Shown here: positions 38,701 through 51,852 of the stretch, in pieces
Numbering within the stretch: the first letter of the stretch is position 1
Layout of the letters: each line of letters begins with the position of its first letter
Origin: Antedon mediterranea
Taxonomy: Eukaryota; Animalia; Echinodermata
Length of the DNA stretch: 64,000 nucleotides
Direction of reading: 5' to 3'
Assembly: GCF_964355755.1 (NCBI RefSeq)
Contig: NC_092676.1
Location: forward strand, 563,788-627,787
Position numbers and translations under genes: made by a program
The notes under the pieces: generated by a model
The model's database searches: none
The model's input: only the letters and a program-made list of their open reading frames with translations
Told to the model about the DNA's origin: nothing

Positions 38701-41700
38701 ACACGCAAAATGTATAAATTGTATACAGTGTCATATTGTAATTTTATACTATTCCATATTTATAACAACTTTTACCTAAACAAATTAAGGATAAGGTGAT
38801 TCTGGACGCAGCTTATACTTCAGTTTACTGAAATATCCAACTTTAACTACAAATTACTGGATACCGATATTTTAAACAGCCTATACTGCTATATGTTCCT
38901 AATGATCTGAAGTGTCAGTAAATGTATTAACTGTGATTTTTTTAGTGCTTTTCTTGTAATTTGTTTTTACTTGATTCATGACAATTTTAATTTGTCATAG
39001 AATAGGTTATAATGACATTGATTGATTTGTGTTTCCTTCACAATTTAGCCCAAAGCTGATGACATTTAAATAAATGGTAAAATTTACAAACCCTTCAAAG
39101 AGAAAATAGAACACAGAATAGGTAAAAATTTAACAGCATTTATCTTTCAAATAAATTTTGCTCAATATGATGTTAAATTTGTACAAATTTATTGTTAAAT
39201 TTTGGCAAATATGGTAATATAAGGGCAAATCATTATTGATTATCAGCCCAATTGAACGAGTTTAATACATACATGATTAACCAGATGATTTACGATGACT
39301 TATGCTAATAATAATAATCCACGACATTATGTTAAATAATATTCAAATTGAAATTCCTTGAGAATTCTAATCGTTTCACAAGGTTAAAATATATTTATTA
39401 AAGTTGAATGACTTATTTTGAATAAAATGCCCTGGGGTAGTTTATTATTCAGTAGGCCATTTATTTGAGGGGGCATAACACTAAAACATATATATATAAT
39501 ATGGTAGAACAGCTATTAAGGGGACACCTTTGGGTCCCAACAAAGCATTCCCTTAATAGAAGTGTCCTATATTTGTTGCCCTTGTTCATGTCATGGAAAA
39601 TTGTGCCCTTTGAGTAGTGTCCCACAGGAGACGTTCAACCGTACTCTAATAAACTTACCACTAAACCCAACATGGAAGCAAATGAATACATTACCTGTAT
39701 GGCGTAAGAATGTGTAAGAGTGGAGGTGGTTCGCACTTAACCGTGTAAGTGTCGTGAACGGCGGTCGGACGCTTCTCTTTCGATAACATTTCTTGGTCTA
39801 AAATCACTTTACTTTGAAACGGAGCATATGCCAGTATATCTTGTAAGGACACTAAACAACATTGACAACATTAAAGACAACATACAACATAGTAAATCAA
39901 AGATAATGTAACAACATTAACATACATCTCTTCCAATCAAAACTGTATAGAATTACAAGGTATAATTAAATAATTAAAGAAAAACAGTATTAATATGCAA
40001 AGAAGCGAATTAAAAAAATTATAAATTATGGTAGTATATTTTAAGCTGACCATATTTTAGTTTGTTTTTAAATTGTTTGTGTTTAATGTGTCACTGTCTG
40101 TACTATGATTGTGATAACATGACCATGATAATAATAAATCTGATATTTATTTAATGACCAATACAAAATACTGAAAAGTTTCTTTTGGGTCAATATAATG
40201 CAAAACTGTCACTGGACTTTGAACGTGGATATCAATCACTATACTTTCTTATCATGATTAAAGTCAATTCCTTAATACTATTAAATAATAATAGTAGTAA
40301 TGCTTAACTAATGTATAATTCCACACTAGGGGCAAACTGTTTTGGTATTATTATGTATCTGTAATAGTATGTCCAATAACGTTGTTCCTTTTTCAGTGAT
40401 TATCCTCTTTTATTTATCGAAAGTGTTAGGTCAAAACATGTTTACTCTATGAATGAGTACTGTATAACCTTTGGGGGTCTGGGTACAACATTTGGTAACA
40501 ATTGGGGGGGGGGGGGGAGGTGATAAAACTGGTATAATCAAATTTCATTAGTTACAATGGAATTGTCTTGTGTTCCTGTACAACGTTTTGTAAAAATTTG
40601 AGGGTGTGATTACCGGTATAATCAGATTTCATTTAAACAATGGAATTGTCTTGTGATCCGGTTTTAGCATAGATTATTGGGTGGTATTATACTTGAGCAT
40701 AGGATTTAACTTGGTCACAGCATTTAAACATTGAAGTCATGATCTCTTATCATTGTTATAATGCACAATCATTTAATATTCTACTAATGTCTTTAAAATA
40801 TACTGTACTCATGCGGATGTTACATTATAACATGTACAGTAGGTTGTTGAGTAAATGCAGAATGTAGATCTGATTTCAGTTTATTCTACTTAGAGAAACA
40901 CCTTAAATATTGTAAATTATTTTAATCATTGCTTTTTTTTTGCCAATTGCTATGTGGGTGGATTCAAATATTGCAGTAATAAAACTTAACACTGATTATT
41001 CCAAAAGAAAACAGACATTTATATAAATTAAATGTATAAACGAAACTAATGATGAGGCACGACCTGGATTTAACAGCAATGACGTCAAAGACAACTGTTT
41101 CCCAAACTTGATTGTTGATGCAAAATAACATCAAAATCTTTATTTCCTGTGCAAATGGACTTTTGATTTGTAGACATGATTGATGTGATAAGCCTCTCTT
41201 AGATGTAATCTTATTTGTTCTGATAAGATCTAGTAGGCTTATAGCATCAAGATTTCATCATCATTATACTGTACTTACTGGGAAAAAACTAGAAACATAG
41301 GGCATAGAAATCCAATAATGATTAATACAAAATTGAGAGTCTGCATGGATCAGGAAGATGATGAATACAGTAATGCCTCTATAGATCAAAAAGAGGGGTG
41401 GGGATCAAAAAGAGGGGTGGGGATCAAAAAGACGGGTGGGGATCAAAAAGAGGGGTGCGGATCAAAAAGAGGGGTGCGGATCAAAAAGAGGGGTGCGGAT
41501 CAAAAAGAGGGGTGCGGATCAAAAAGAGGGGTGGGGATCAAAAAGAGGGGTGGGGATCAAAAAGAGGGGTGGGGATCAAGAAGAGGGGTGAGGATCAAAA
41601 AGAGGGGTGCGGATCAAAAAGAGGGGTGCGGATCGAGGTGTATAGTATTTTAGTATTTGTATAGTCATTTTAGGATACCATTTGTTTATCTAGGTAAAGC

Positions 41701-44700
41701 ATACATTTGATGTCTCTATGAATCAGGAGGAGCAAGGGGGAGGGAGGTATATGTATTTGTTCTGTCCTAGACAAAATGCTTGAAAAAAATTATTATCGTA
41801 TTCTTCAGCACAAACTATTACATTAAAATTGCTCAATAATCATTGAATGTGTATTGTATTGAAATAATCCCAACATTTAAAATATACTAAATACACACTT
41901 ATACAACTACTGTACAATGTTTGATCAATACAGGAAGTCAAAGAATAAAATATATAATAATAATATTCTTTTTATAATGTTTATCTAGTAAGTCACAATA
42001 AATATACTCCCTCATTAAATGGTGATCTAGTATTTTATTATGATAAAAAACATTTGTTTGTTTTAGCTGACTACATACAGTGTAGTTTGAAAGATTGTAG
42101 TGGAAATAAAAGTCTAGTTTCTTTTCTCTGTTAAATAAACATACAGGCACTGCACATTATTGCATTTAAATCATGAATAGGAGGCTTGTATTGTAATACG
42201 GTGTGCTTTGAATTTGTGAGAATTTGAAATTATTGATTTGGTCAACCTTACCAGGGCTAACAGCAAACATACATAATTACAACACTAACAATATATTATA
42301 GATTTGAATACATTAAATACAACTGCAGCCAGAGTCAGAATGACTACAAATCAAATTAATGAACAGAGTACCTTGAACCCCAGTACATACGTACATGTTC
42401 ATTTTAGGCTATGGTGTTAATGATTTTAGGCCTGTAATCCAATATCTTCAATTGACCCAATTATTTATGATTATAATGTTACTAATTTAAAATCTTGTAT
42501 GTATCAATGAAGGGGATGCTGATCACCGAGTATAGTCGAAATTCTATTTTTGTGTTCCTAGAAATAATTAGTTCATACTATAATAATAAATAATGCTATA
42601 AATATTATACGTTACAATACATTCATTATTTGTACTAAAATAAAATGTAAATTTGAAAAACGCAATACATCAGTATCTAAATTGCTCAAGTCAAGTCAAG
42701 TCAGGACATTTGCTTAAAGCAAGAGATTTGTATTAGTATTAATATACAAATTGCTTGAGTTAAGCAGATATCATCCCAAGTGTACAAACCAAATTCAATT
42801 TGATCTTTACAGTATTTGGTTTCATAAGGGGGGTTAACATTAATAGCGATACATCTAACTAGGACAACATAAGCTGTGTAGACTTGTACAATGAATAAAT
42901 TACTATCAAAATATAAAATAACATATCACGATTAAAATTATTTTGATTTAAATAAAGAGGATTTACTTCAAACAAACTCAATCAAAAAATCGTATTAGAT
43001 TTCAATCAGAAATTATATATGTATGATTATTAAAGTAATATTGTCAACCATGAATCTATTTTAGCATTTTAAATGTATTATGACTTAAATCATTACTGTT
43101 ATACAGTAGCCTACAACCTGTGTAGTAATGAAAGACTGTAGAAGATTTTATTGTAAATTACCTTTTGGGAAAATTAAATAAATGAAAGAATTTAGAATTA
43201 TCTCCAATTAACATTAAACTTTAATAATTATTACTGCTTTCATTACATTGATATAAACATTAAAATAACATTATTAATGTTCCACATTTAGAATGACATG
43301 ACCTTTAAGTTTAAATTTAAAACTAAGGTTTGTATAAAATTCAGAATATTCTCATAAGATTTTGATAAATTAAACCTAAACCGAAACAATTTATAAAAAC
43401 ACAGACACTGTACTACATATTGTCACTGTTTATTATTTGTATGATACCACATTTTGTTGCCTAAATTATGATTTTTTTTTTTAATGTGTAAAAAACCGAA
43501 CAAAGACAAATATTTTAAATAATAAAATATATTTTATATAAATTCATAAAGGAAGCTAACTGGTAAATAATGATTAATAATGTAATGATGCATTATTACA
43601 AAACACATTAAATAGCTGACAATTTTGATTTATAAAACAGAATCTACTGTCATGATCTAATGCATTGTAATTATAATACTTAGCATCGTTAACATATATT
43701 TTTATCGTTTCTAATAAAACTGAAAATAAGAACTGATTGGAAACTAGGACAATAAAGACCAACGATCTGAGGAGAGGAAAGAGGAGGAGTGATGGGAAAT
43801 GGGCAAAGAGAAGAAGGGGTAGTGGAGAAGATGGAGGGAGAAGGGGTAGAGAGGAGGAGTTGAAGAACAAAATGTTTCAATGTTTCTTTCCTTTATTTCA
43901 ATTCGTAAACAAATTGAAGGTCAACATTTCAGTATAGTCTTATAAGGTTACAGCAAATTACTTAAAAGGGACATATCAACTACGTACGAGAATAAAAAAA
44001 GTCTATAAATATATACTGTAATGCAGTTGTAAATTTAAATACCAATAGTCAAGATGGATACAAATTTAGTATGAACATAGATTTTGGCAGGCAGTATTTC
44101 TTTATAAAGACAGTGGGGATAAGAGTTAAGACTAGAGGTAAGAGACTGTGTACACAGTAATCAAAATTGTATTTATTTGTATGTACTTTATGCAGTACAG
44201 TATAATATGCAAGAGGCTGTGTAACTTATATTTCTATAAATAGATAGTACTCAATTGCAAAAACAGAGAGCATGTTCCAAAATTAATTATAAAAAGAAAG
44301 GCTTGGGAATTTCTATGAATCCGATATTAATCAATTTTAAAAACATGAAATTAATTTCAACTGCTAGCCACAGCTACTGTCACTGATGATTATCAACGTG
44401 ATTGCATGTTTAATAAATGCAACTTACTTTATCGCCAACTTCAAATTTACGACTAACAAGTAGCCCGAGAAAAAAAGAATTTTATTCATGCAAACTGATG
44501 GAAACATAAGATTTTTTTGTAAGGTAATTATGAACATGTTTTACGCATAAATTATGCTTCAAGTCTGGATCGGTAAAGCTAGCTATAAATATAGTTAACA
44601 ATGTTTAAAGAATTTAACCATTTTATGCCTCTATGTTTTACAACTATATCAGTGAATATTCTGTATAATATATTACTGTATAATTAATATGCCTAGAATA

Positions 44701-47700
44701 AACACATACAGTAAGTGTTTAACTGATTCCAGCTACAGTATGTTTAAACTGCTCAGACAATATTCCCGGAGGCACTGATAAAACAAAAAAAATGTGTGCA
44801 GTGTTTAAGAATAGAATGACCTCATTTCGGGTTCCACATAAACATACTGAAGGTGCCAGAACTACAGAGCCCAACAATTCACAGTTCTTTTTAATTTCTC
44901 AAGTTAAACACTCCTCACTTTATTCAAGAAAAACAATAAGAGAGAGGGCACTCTTGCCACGATGAGAGTAACCCAATTTTATGAATATTTTCGTGTCGCT
45001 GTCATTAAATGATGGTGGTTATCTGATTTGGTTACAAGTTAAAGACTTTCAATTTAGAGGTATAATTGACAGATGTTACAAATCTATTATATTACTGTAT
45101 CAATGATCTATTTCTGTATCACAGTCAATGATGGTTTGTTGTTTTCATTTCTACAGCGGTGGTATATTCTACTGTTTATTTTGCCACATAGTTTTGAGTT
45201 TTGCTGATTCTATCTAATGCACTTGCGTAGAACTATTCTCACATCGCCTTACAAAATTCTGGAGTGTAAAATCATTCATCAGTTTTGCTATGCAATGTGA
45301 AAGGGGTAATACAGGTAAAAAACTAAATGACTAACTTTTAGCAAGATAATATACTTGATATTGTTATTGAAATTTTGGGAATAAAAAAAGTATGTATAGA
45401 TGTGTTGATTATATGTTTGTTTGTAAACATGAAATAATGATTTTTGATAACTTGACAAAATGACCACAAAGCAACATATCCGTATGATTACTGCACATGC
45501 CTACAAGCTAATCCGAGTTGTGATAGCTACCAAACTCCATCCAAACCAAGATCATATTGGAATTCAAGCTGTTAACCCACTTGACTGGTTGTACAAAGGT
45601 ACGTGGATGATTGTAATGTTCTGTTGCTTTATAGTCATGGTGTTGCGCAATCAAAAAGGTCTTCTTATTTCTACAGCATGCAAATAGTTTAGTATTGTGA
45701 TGAAGTTATAGATTATAAAACTAAAAAATATAAATGATTGTTTTATTCTAAAGCGTGTTTACTAAGAGCACCATGTTAGGCCAGTGTATAGTGCACCATG
45801 TTAGGCCTTGTGACTAGTCTTTGATTGGTAGAGACGTGTTGTTACACAACCTTTGATTTGCGTCCGTTTTAGACTAAACCATTACCTGTAAGGGGTGAGT
45901 AAGTTCAACTTCGGTGGTTTATCGCATAGCATATATAGCTCCCTCATTGTTGAGGGCATAGTGTGACCCGCAACTACTTGTTGGTCCATGAGCGTGGAGC
46001 TTTTGTAAGCTTTACGCAAATGAATATCTTGTAATAAAACTGAAAAATTGCCAAAAAAAATAAAAATGTATCGTCGACTGCTTATTACCATGGCAGACGA
46101 GACACAGGTTAATTGAAAAAAATAAATGATTAGCATAGTAATCACCCTACATTTGCATATTAATTGCATAATATTTGCATATTAATTGCATATTATTTGC
46201 ATCATTTGCATATTAATTGCACCAATGTCCTTCTCATGATTGAATTTTTTCAGGCCACAAAATTGTATAATTTGATAAAATTGAATTGAGAGCAATGTTT
46301 TGCGATATCAAAAGCTAATTTAACAAGACAGATAACATCACATATCATTCAAGACCTACAGTATATCAGACACTTGTTTCAACATAATTTAAGATTAATA
46401 AAATGTTTTGAAAATTTGCTGGCCAAAATGATTGCTGCGCACGACAAAATAATAGTGTAATGGCCAGTGAAGTTTGCTTTAATAAAGAATATGCAAATGT
46501 AGTGGTGAAACTTTATTATCTTTTCTATCTACAGCTGTGAATAAAAGCAAAATATAAACTATAAATGCTTTCAAGAAGTGTTTGTCTAGAACTGTATTTG
46601 ACTGGAATTACAAAATTCAAGACAAGCACTCTTGTATGCCAAATAATTATCTTTAAATTAAAAAATGTGCATTATTTAGTATAAAATAAGAAGAAGTAAT
46701 AAATGTGCGAATGACAGATTTTTATGATTAATTATTATATGTGCTAGATTAATACACCTTAATATTATTTAAATAAAAATAATATGAATTTGCATATTGT
46801 CTATAAATCAACATAATAATTTGAATAATTAACTACAAATTAGCTTTGCTATTATGTTGGTACAGTACTGCTTTCCTAGACTTGAATCCAAACCATTAGC
46901 TTAGTGGTCTAGAGTAAAACATCTCACCAATTATAATAAATCTTTATTTTTTTTTCTATTCATTATTAGCTAAAGCTCTGTCTACACTATCAAACTTTAT
47001 GCAACAAAAAATTGTGATGTGCCCATATGGACAAGATGATGTCATATCTCTACCATATTTGGGCACATCACACTACTTTGATAGTGTACACAAAGCTTTA
47101 TAGCCACAAAGAAATAATCTTCTTAAACATTTTTAGTCTTATTGAATTTGAACAAAAAATTTAAACTTTTGCAAATGACTATTTACTAAGCAAAGCAAAT
47201 ATTGCCATACAGTAGAATATGTCTGTGGTGTAGTGTCACCAACACCTTATCAGAAGGGACCAATTCCTTGCTACTCAGTGAGTTTAAATTATTCCTGTAA
47301 TGTTCTGTGATGCTGTAGGAAGTATAGCGTTTATTTTGTAATGACACGGTTTAAAAATCACCCAATTACATATTAAATAGTAATATAAAACCAAACAAAA
47401 TTTTATAAAAACATCTTGTTTTGAATTTTACAAACATTTTTGTTTCAGTGTTTTGTTTTTTTGTTGTGTTTTCCAGAAAGATTATAATTGAAACTTCTTT
47501 CTAATTTTATCAAGCGTAAAATAAATAAATAATTTAAATTGTTCATTGCACTATACCTGGATCCTGTGTTGCATCTAACTTGGTTACCTTCACCGACAGT
47601 TTATCTATCCTGTCTTGAAGAACATTGGCTCGGACAAAAACCGAGTTAGCCTCTTGATAGAGGTCGCCAAATATATCCTCGGCATGTTTACTAAGGTTAC

Positions 47701-47824
47701 TTAGTTGGCGTATAACACCAGCTAATGTACTGTTAGTCACACATTCAAGTTCGTTCCTAATTCCTTTGTCGATTGTGCCTCGACTAAGGTGTACTGGCTC
47801 TACGTGTCGTTTTATAAGCGGCAT
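32783..47824 (-). CDS. WASF: WAVE/SCAR (WASF family), 478/479 aa. Exons 47824-47557, [46039-45886 or 39851-39695], 37209-37089, 36647-35921, 32949-32783
   Basis: WHD start MPLIKRHVEPVHLSR..NELECVTNSTL..RQLSNLSKHAEDIFG, then EDGKEGLEFYT..YFFELW, a basic region, polyproline, WH2 (RSDLLTAIRTGIKLREV), C region (VAAILARRLAVE) and acidic tail DWEDDDWN*. All phases are consistent. Confidence 0.95.
32985..35427. repeat. 26-bp minisatellite (taacaggtatagtaccaatttaccaa), about 94 almost identical copies, in the last WASF intron
   Basis: Direct tandem units. The only visible variant is a 6-nt insertion near 33180. Confidence 0.98.
35547..35640 (-). mobile_element. 3' end of a retroposon (stem-loop followed by a poly-A tail)
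   Basis: Poly-T run on the + strand followed by the hairpin gagggtaaccct..cagctg...cagctg..aggggccctc. Confidence 0.45.
36850..37050 (-). mobile_element. tRNA-Gly(TCC)-derived SINE; tRNA-like head at 36973-37045
   Basis: Minus strand ggagctgtagtttggtggttaacatgcttgccTTCCAAtcccaagctcccGAGTTCAATCCtgacctagtgca shows A box, TCC anticodon loop and B box, with decayed stems. The 3' boundary is approximate. Confidence 0.7.
39695..39851 (-). CDS. WASF: WASF meander exon variant B (157 nt; VSLQDILAYAPFQSKVILDQEMLSKEKRPTAVHDTYTVKCEPPPLLHILTPYR), missed by the ORF track
   Basis: gttgtttag acceptor, AG|gtaatg donor, same phases as A, no stops. Conserves LQDI, DQ, P, Y, C-x-x-P-P and LTPYR. Confidence 0.88.
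39892..39944 (-). promoter_or_regulatory. Candidate splicing RNA-pairing arm Y, about 40 nt upstream of WASF exon B
   Basis: RNA AGUUUUGAUUGGAAGAGAUGUAUGUUAAUGUUGUUACAUUAUCUUUGAUUUAC pairs with arm X in three helices, with an 8-nt bulge. Confidence 0.65.
41384..41635. repeat. 19-bp G-rich minisatellite (ggatcaaaaagaggggtgc/g), about 13 copies
   Basis: Direct tandem units in the intron between WASF exons A and B. Confidence 0.95.
45816..45861 (-). promoter_or_regulatory. Candidate splicing RNA-pairing arm X, 24 nt downstream of the WASF exon A donor
   Basis: RNA GCAAAUCAAAGGUUGUGUAACAACACGUCUCUACCAAUCAAAGACU is complementary to arm Y at 39892-39944. Confidence 0.65.
45886..46039 (-). CDS. 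WASF: WASF meander exon variant A (154 nt; VLLQDIHLRKAYKSSTLMDQQVVAGHTMPSTMRELYMLCDKPPKLNLLTPYR)
   Basis: ttttcag acceptor, AG|gtaatg donor, phase 1 in and phase 2 out. Close to the canonical WAVE sequence. Confidence 0.93.
46974..47097. mobile_element. MITE family 2 copy
   Basis: TAA|AGCTCTGTCTACACTATCAAA ... TTTGATAGTGTACACAAAGCT|TTA. Confidence 0.85.
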
Positions 47825-48827
47825 TTCAATAACAATTTAATTCACATCTGAAAAAAAAAAAAAAAATCAGTTACAATTCTATTTCAATTCTAAATTTTCT
47901 GGTTGCAGTTTTCCCTCCAATAAGCAGTACATCAGTGTGTAAGTCGTGCTTAAATAAAGACTTAAATTTAAAGTAAATCCTTTCATTGAGCCTAAAACAT
48001 GCACCATGTGATACTGATCATTTTTGTCCCGTTTTCTAACAAGAAAATGGCGATAAAATAAAAAACAGGCACATGCGCTTGGAGATGGTGTTAAAGTGAA
48101 TTTACAAATACAAATCTAATCTCAGAAATACCAAAAGAAATAGTTTTTTTCTACTAAACCATTGGCCTTCATCTATTAGAACCACTTCAAATATAGTGAC
48201 AGGGACCAGCTAATACTAGATTAACACCATTTTACTTCATAAACCAGGAAGTATAATATTGACACAATCACTATTCAATCCATCAAATTTATGATTGATT
48301 CTACAATAGAATCAATCGTTTATTTAAGTTCAGTCAATGGAACAAGCATCACATGCAGCAATTGTTGTTGGCTATGCTAAATGCCGCTATGCTGTTATGC
48401 TGCTATGCCGTTATGCCGCTTCATTCACATTACATTTTATGGCCTGTTCCTATTGAAAAATCTTGAGAAACAGTTTTCCCCAAAACAGGAATTGGTAGTT
48501 TATACTGTAGATAAATTTTGATGCTGTTTTCAGTACAAGTTGATCTTAACAATCCGAGAACAGTTTTTGAAATCTTGAAAAAAGTAACAAAATTTAATTT
48601 TCACTATATTAGATTTTTGAATAAATAAATTATGAAATGATTTAAGCCATTTATTGGAGCAGAACATGAACTGATCATAAATGAGCCAACCACCTTGAAT
48701 ACAGTCTACAGTACAGAAAAAAATGACTGCAACTTTTCCTATGAGCTGGCGTCTGTAATATGACAATTATTGCAATGTTACTGGTGGTAGCACCTTTGAT
48801 ACGAGATTCACTAAAATGACTTTTGTA

Positions 48828-49280
48828 CTATTTAACATGGGTATAACACTTGTTGGTCTATTTAACATGGGTATAACACTTGTTGGTCTATTTAACATGG
48901 GTATAACACTTGTTGGTCTATTTAACATGGGTATAACACTTGTTGGTCTATTTAACATGGGTATAACACTTGTTGGTCTATTTAACATGGGTATAACACT
49001 TGTTGGTCTATTTAACATGGGTATAACACTTGTTGGTCTATTTAACATGGGTATAACACTTGTTGGTCTATTTAACATGGGTATAACACTTGTTGGTCTA
49101 TTTAACATGGGTATAACACTTGTTGGTCTATTTAACATGGGTATAACACTTGTTGGTCTATTTAACATGGGTATAACACTTGTTGGTCTATTTAACATGG
49201 GTATAACACTTGTTGGTCTATTTAACATGGGTATAACACTTGTTGGTCTATTTAACATGGGTATAACACTTGTTGGTCTA
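48828..49280. repeat. 30-bp perfect minisatellite (ctatttaacatgggtataacacttgttggt), 15 copies
   Basis: Direct tandem units. They explain the MLNRPTSVIP ORFs. Confidence 0.98.
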
Positions 49281-50521
49281 CAATTCTGTGAACCATTCTA
49301 TTCCTTTATATATGTTTTCAATGCATGAGTAATGTTTAGATTGGTTGTTGAGGTATACAGGTACCTGTCTTTAGGAATGTAGCTTTATTGTGTACCCTGC
49401 AGGGCATGCAGTAAGGTGAACACTTGTAACTTAAAATTGGTGAAAGAACTACCGGAAGATCCTAGAATCTTAGATCAGTTTACATGTGTCCTGTGGTTAA
49501 CACAGCAGTGATCAGACAGATAGTTTACAATCATTGCGACTTATTCCTCCAGGTTCTCTGCAAGTCCTCTACAGGTAACCTGCTAACACGTTTCTGATGA
49601 TTAATATGGCTATGGATGATTTAAAGCCTGTTACTCTGAAATGGGTACTTTAAATTTTGTTAAACACTAAAAAGAACCGATCTTAATTACGCATTTTAAA
49701 AACCCCAAAAGATTCCGGTCTAGATCGGCAAAACATGTTTTAAACAAATTTAGCTTTATTTAAACAAATTCATATATTGTTTGAATACTGTAGGAATTGG
49801 TAAAAGTAGAGATATATTTAAAAAATACATATTTTATTTTAAATCCCAACCAAATTGGTTTGAATTAACGCCACATTATACTGAATAATCTTTAGTTGTA
49901 TTAATTATTACGAATTTATTACACTTGCAGACTGTGAAATGACAAAGATTTTACAGGCTTTTCCTGTAGGAATGTATAAGCAACATAAATCGATAAAAAC
50001 AAATTTTATTTCAATCAAACATGTCATTTATAGCACTAGCCACTGAGCATGTGCAATGACCTGATAATAAATGTCACTGAGCATGTGCAATGACCTGGTA
50101 ATAAACGACAAGAATTTGTAAGCTTTACCAATCAATACCTTCATGTATAATAATGCAAGACAAAATATAATATTTGATTACTGCTGAAATGAAGAAGACC
50201 GATAGTCTGAGATGTCTTGAGGGATGTAATTCATCTACTGCTCAAATCGCAAACTAAAACTACATTTGTAATTTCAACATGCTACTTTTCACTTATTAAT
50301 TTAAACAAAAATATTTCTACTGTTTTTTTTTAAACTTCTTGGAAACTATACTGCATTAAGCAAATCAATATGATTTGAAAAATGTGACAACTATAGAAAC
50401 AGGCACAGATTTTTCTGAATATATTCTGTAATAATACAACTTGTCTTTGACACATGAAATCCATACTAATAACAGCACAGAACTTAAAAAGAAGAACATA
50501 TCATTAACAATACTTCTGTTA

Positions 50522-50846
50522 AGTTCTGTCTACACACTATCAAACTAGTTTGACAAAAAAAGTGATATGCTCAAATACAACAGGAAGTCAAGAAGTCAAG
50601 AAGATAATTTTATCTTGTAATTTTTTAGATGTTTTTATATGAATGGTTTTATGCTATATTTGTATTTATTGTGTTTTCTTTGTTCTTTTGACGAGCAATG
50701 AATTTCCTTTTTGAGGATCAATAAAAGTTATCTTATCTTATCTTATCTTATATTATATGGTAGTGATACTGTATGACATCATCATGTCTATATATGTGCA
50801 CATTACATTTTTTTGTCACATAAAGTTTGATAGTGTATACAGTGCT
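50522..50846. mobile_element. MITE family 2 copy interrupted by a 5'-truncated retroposon tail (about 50578-50753)
   Basis: The MITE halves flank a segment ending ggatcaataaaag(ttatc)n. Confidence 0.75.
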
Positions 50847-51852
50847 TAATTATCATCATCCTACTGTACAGAATCTGTATCATAACTTCTTAAATCCTAT
50901 TTTCTGGGAGATATCCTAAACAATTTAGATTCAAACATATGCAGGAACTCACTTATCATTGAGGAAATCATTGCACATTTTGTTGACTTGATTGATCTGA
51001 TTTTCAATATTTTCGCTGATGACTCTGAGCGAGCCAGATAGAAGTGTTCATTTTATACATCAATGATTTATCTAATTATATTATTATTACATTATGTTAA
51101 TGATTCAGGGTTCACCAACTTGTTATTAGCGCAAATGATCAACCTGAAGAACTATTAATACAGTAGAATATGACAATCTGTGTCTAAAAAAAAAACATAA
51201 AAATTGAGATTAATACAATCACACTTTTAATAGGCCATTTTACAGTTATTCACAGATTACAACATGTTGCAATGTAAATATTGATTCAATATAAATATCC
51301 ACAGTAACTGAGTAACTATATATAAAGCTGTTAGTGCCAGTCTTTAGAGCGCTATCACAGCAATAAAAAGGTGAGTTCAGAAACGCCAGACAAACGTGAT
51401 GAGGTAACAAATTTCAAAAACAGAGCTTTGACAAAAAATAACAAGATTGCCAAAAGCTTATTACATAATTGAATTTAATATTTTGAATACTTCTGTAGCT
51501 TTTACACTTACTTGACCAGACTACAAACTACATTATCTGAATAATTTGGTCCATGTGGAAATACTATCAACTAAATGAAATAGTTAAGCTGACATACTTG
51601 TGAAGCCTACTTGCAGTGCCATTGGGGAATCTAGTAAGGCTCCACCTTCAGCTTCTACAGGATATAAGGCCTGACTTCATTTCCTTTACTACTTCTGGCT
51701 CAGTTTATAAACAACAATAAGGAATCAAGGATATAATTGTTTGAACTGCTCTTGTTTTTCAACTATTAGAACTTTTACTTCTCATTTTTATTTCATAAAA
51801 GGCATGGGATTCGGGAACTGGGGGGGGGGGGGGGGTGACTCTAAAATATAAA

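Noticed and set aside
43737-43880. Purine-rich stretch as a third WAVE alternative exon
   Set aside because: Low-complexity GA tract with no LQDI/TPYR homology and no matching splice phases.
48767-49328. 163-170 aa repetitive ORFs (also 30622-31106 and 41318-41664)
   Set aside because: Artefacts of minisatellites without stops; no splice or homology support.
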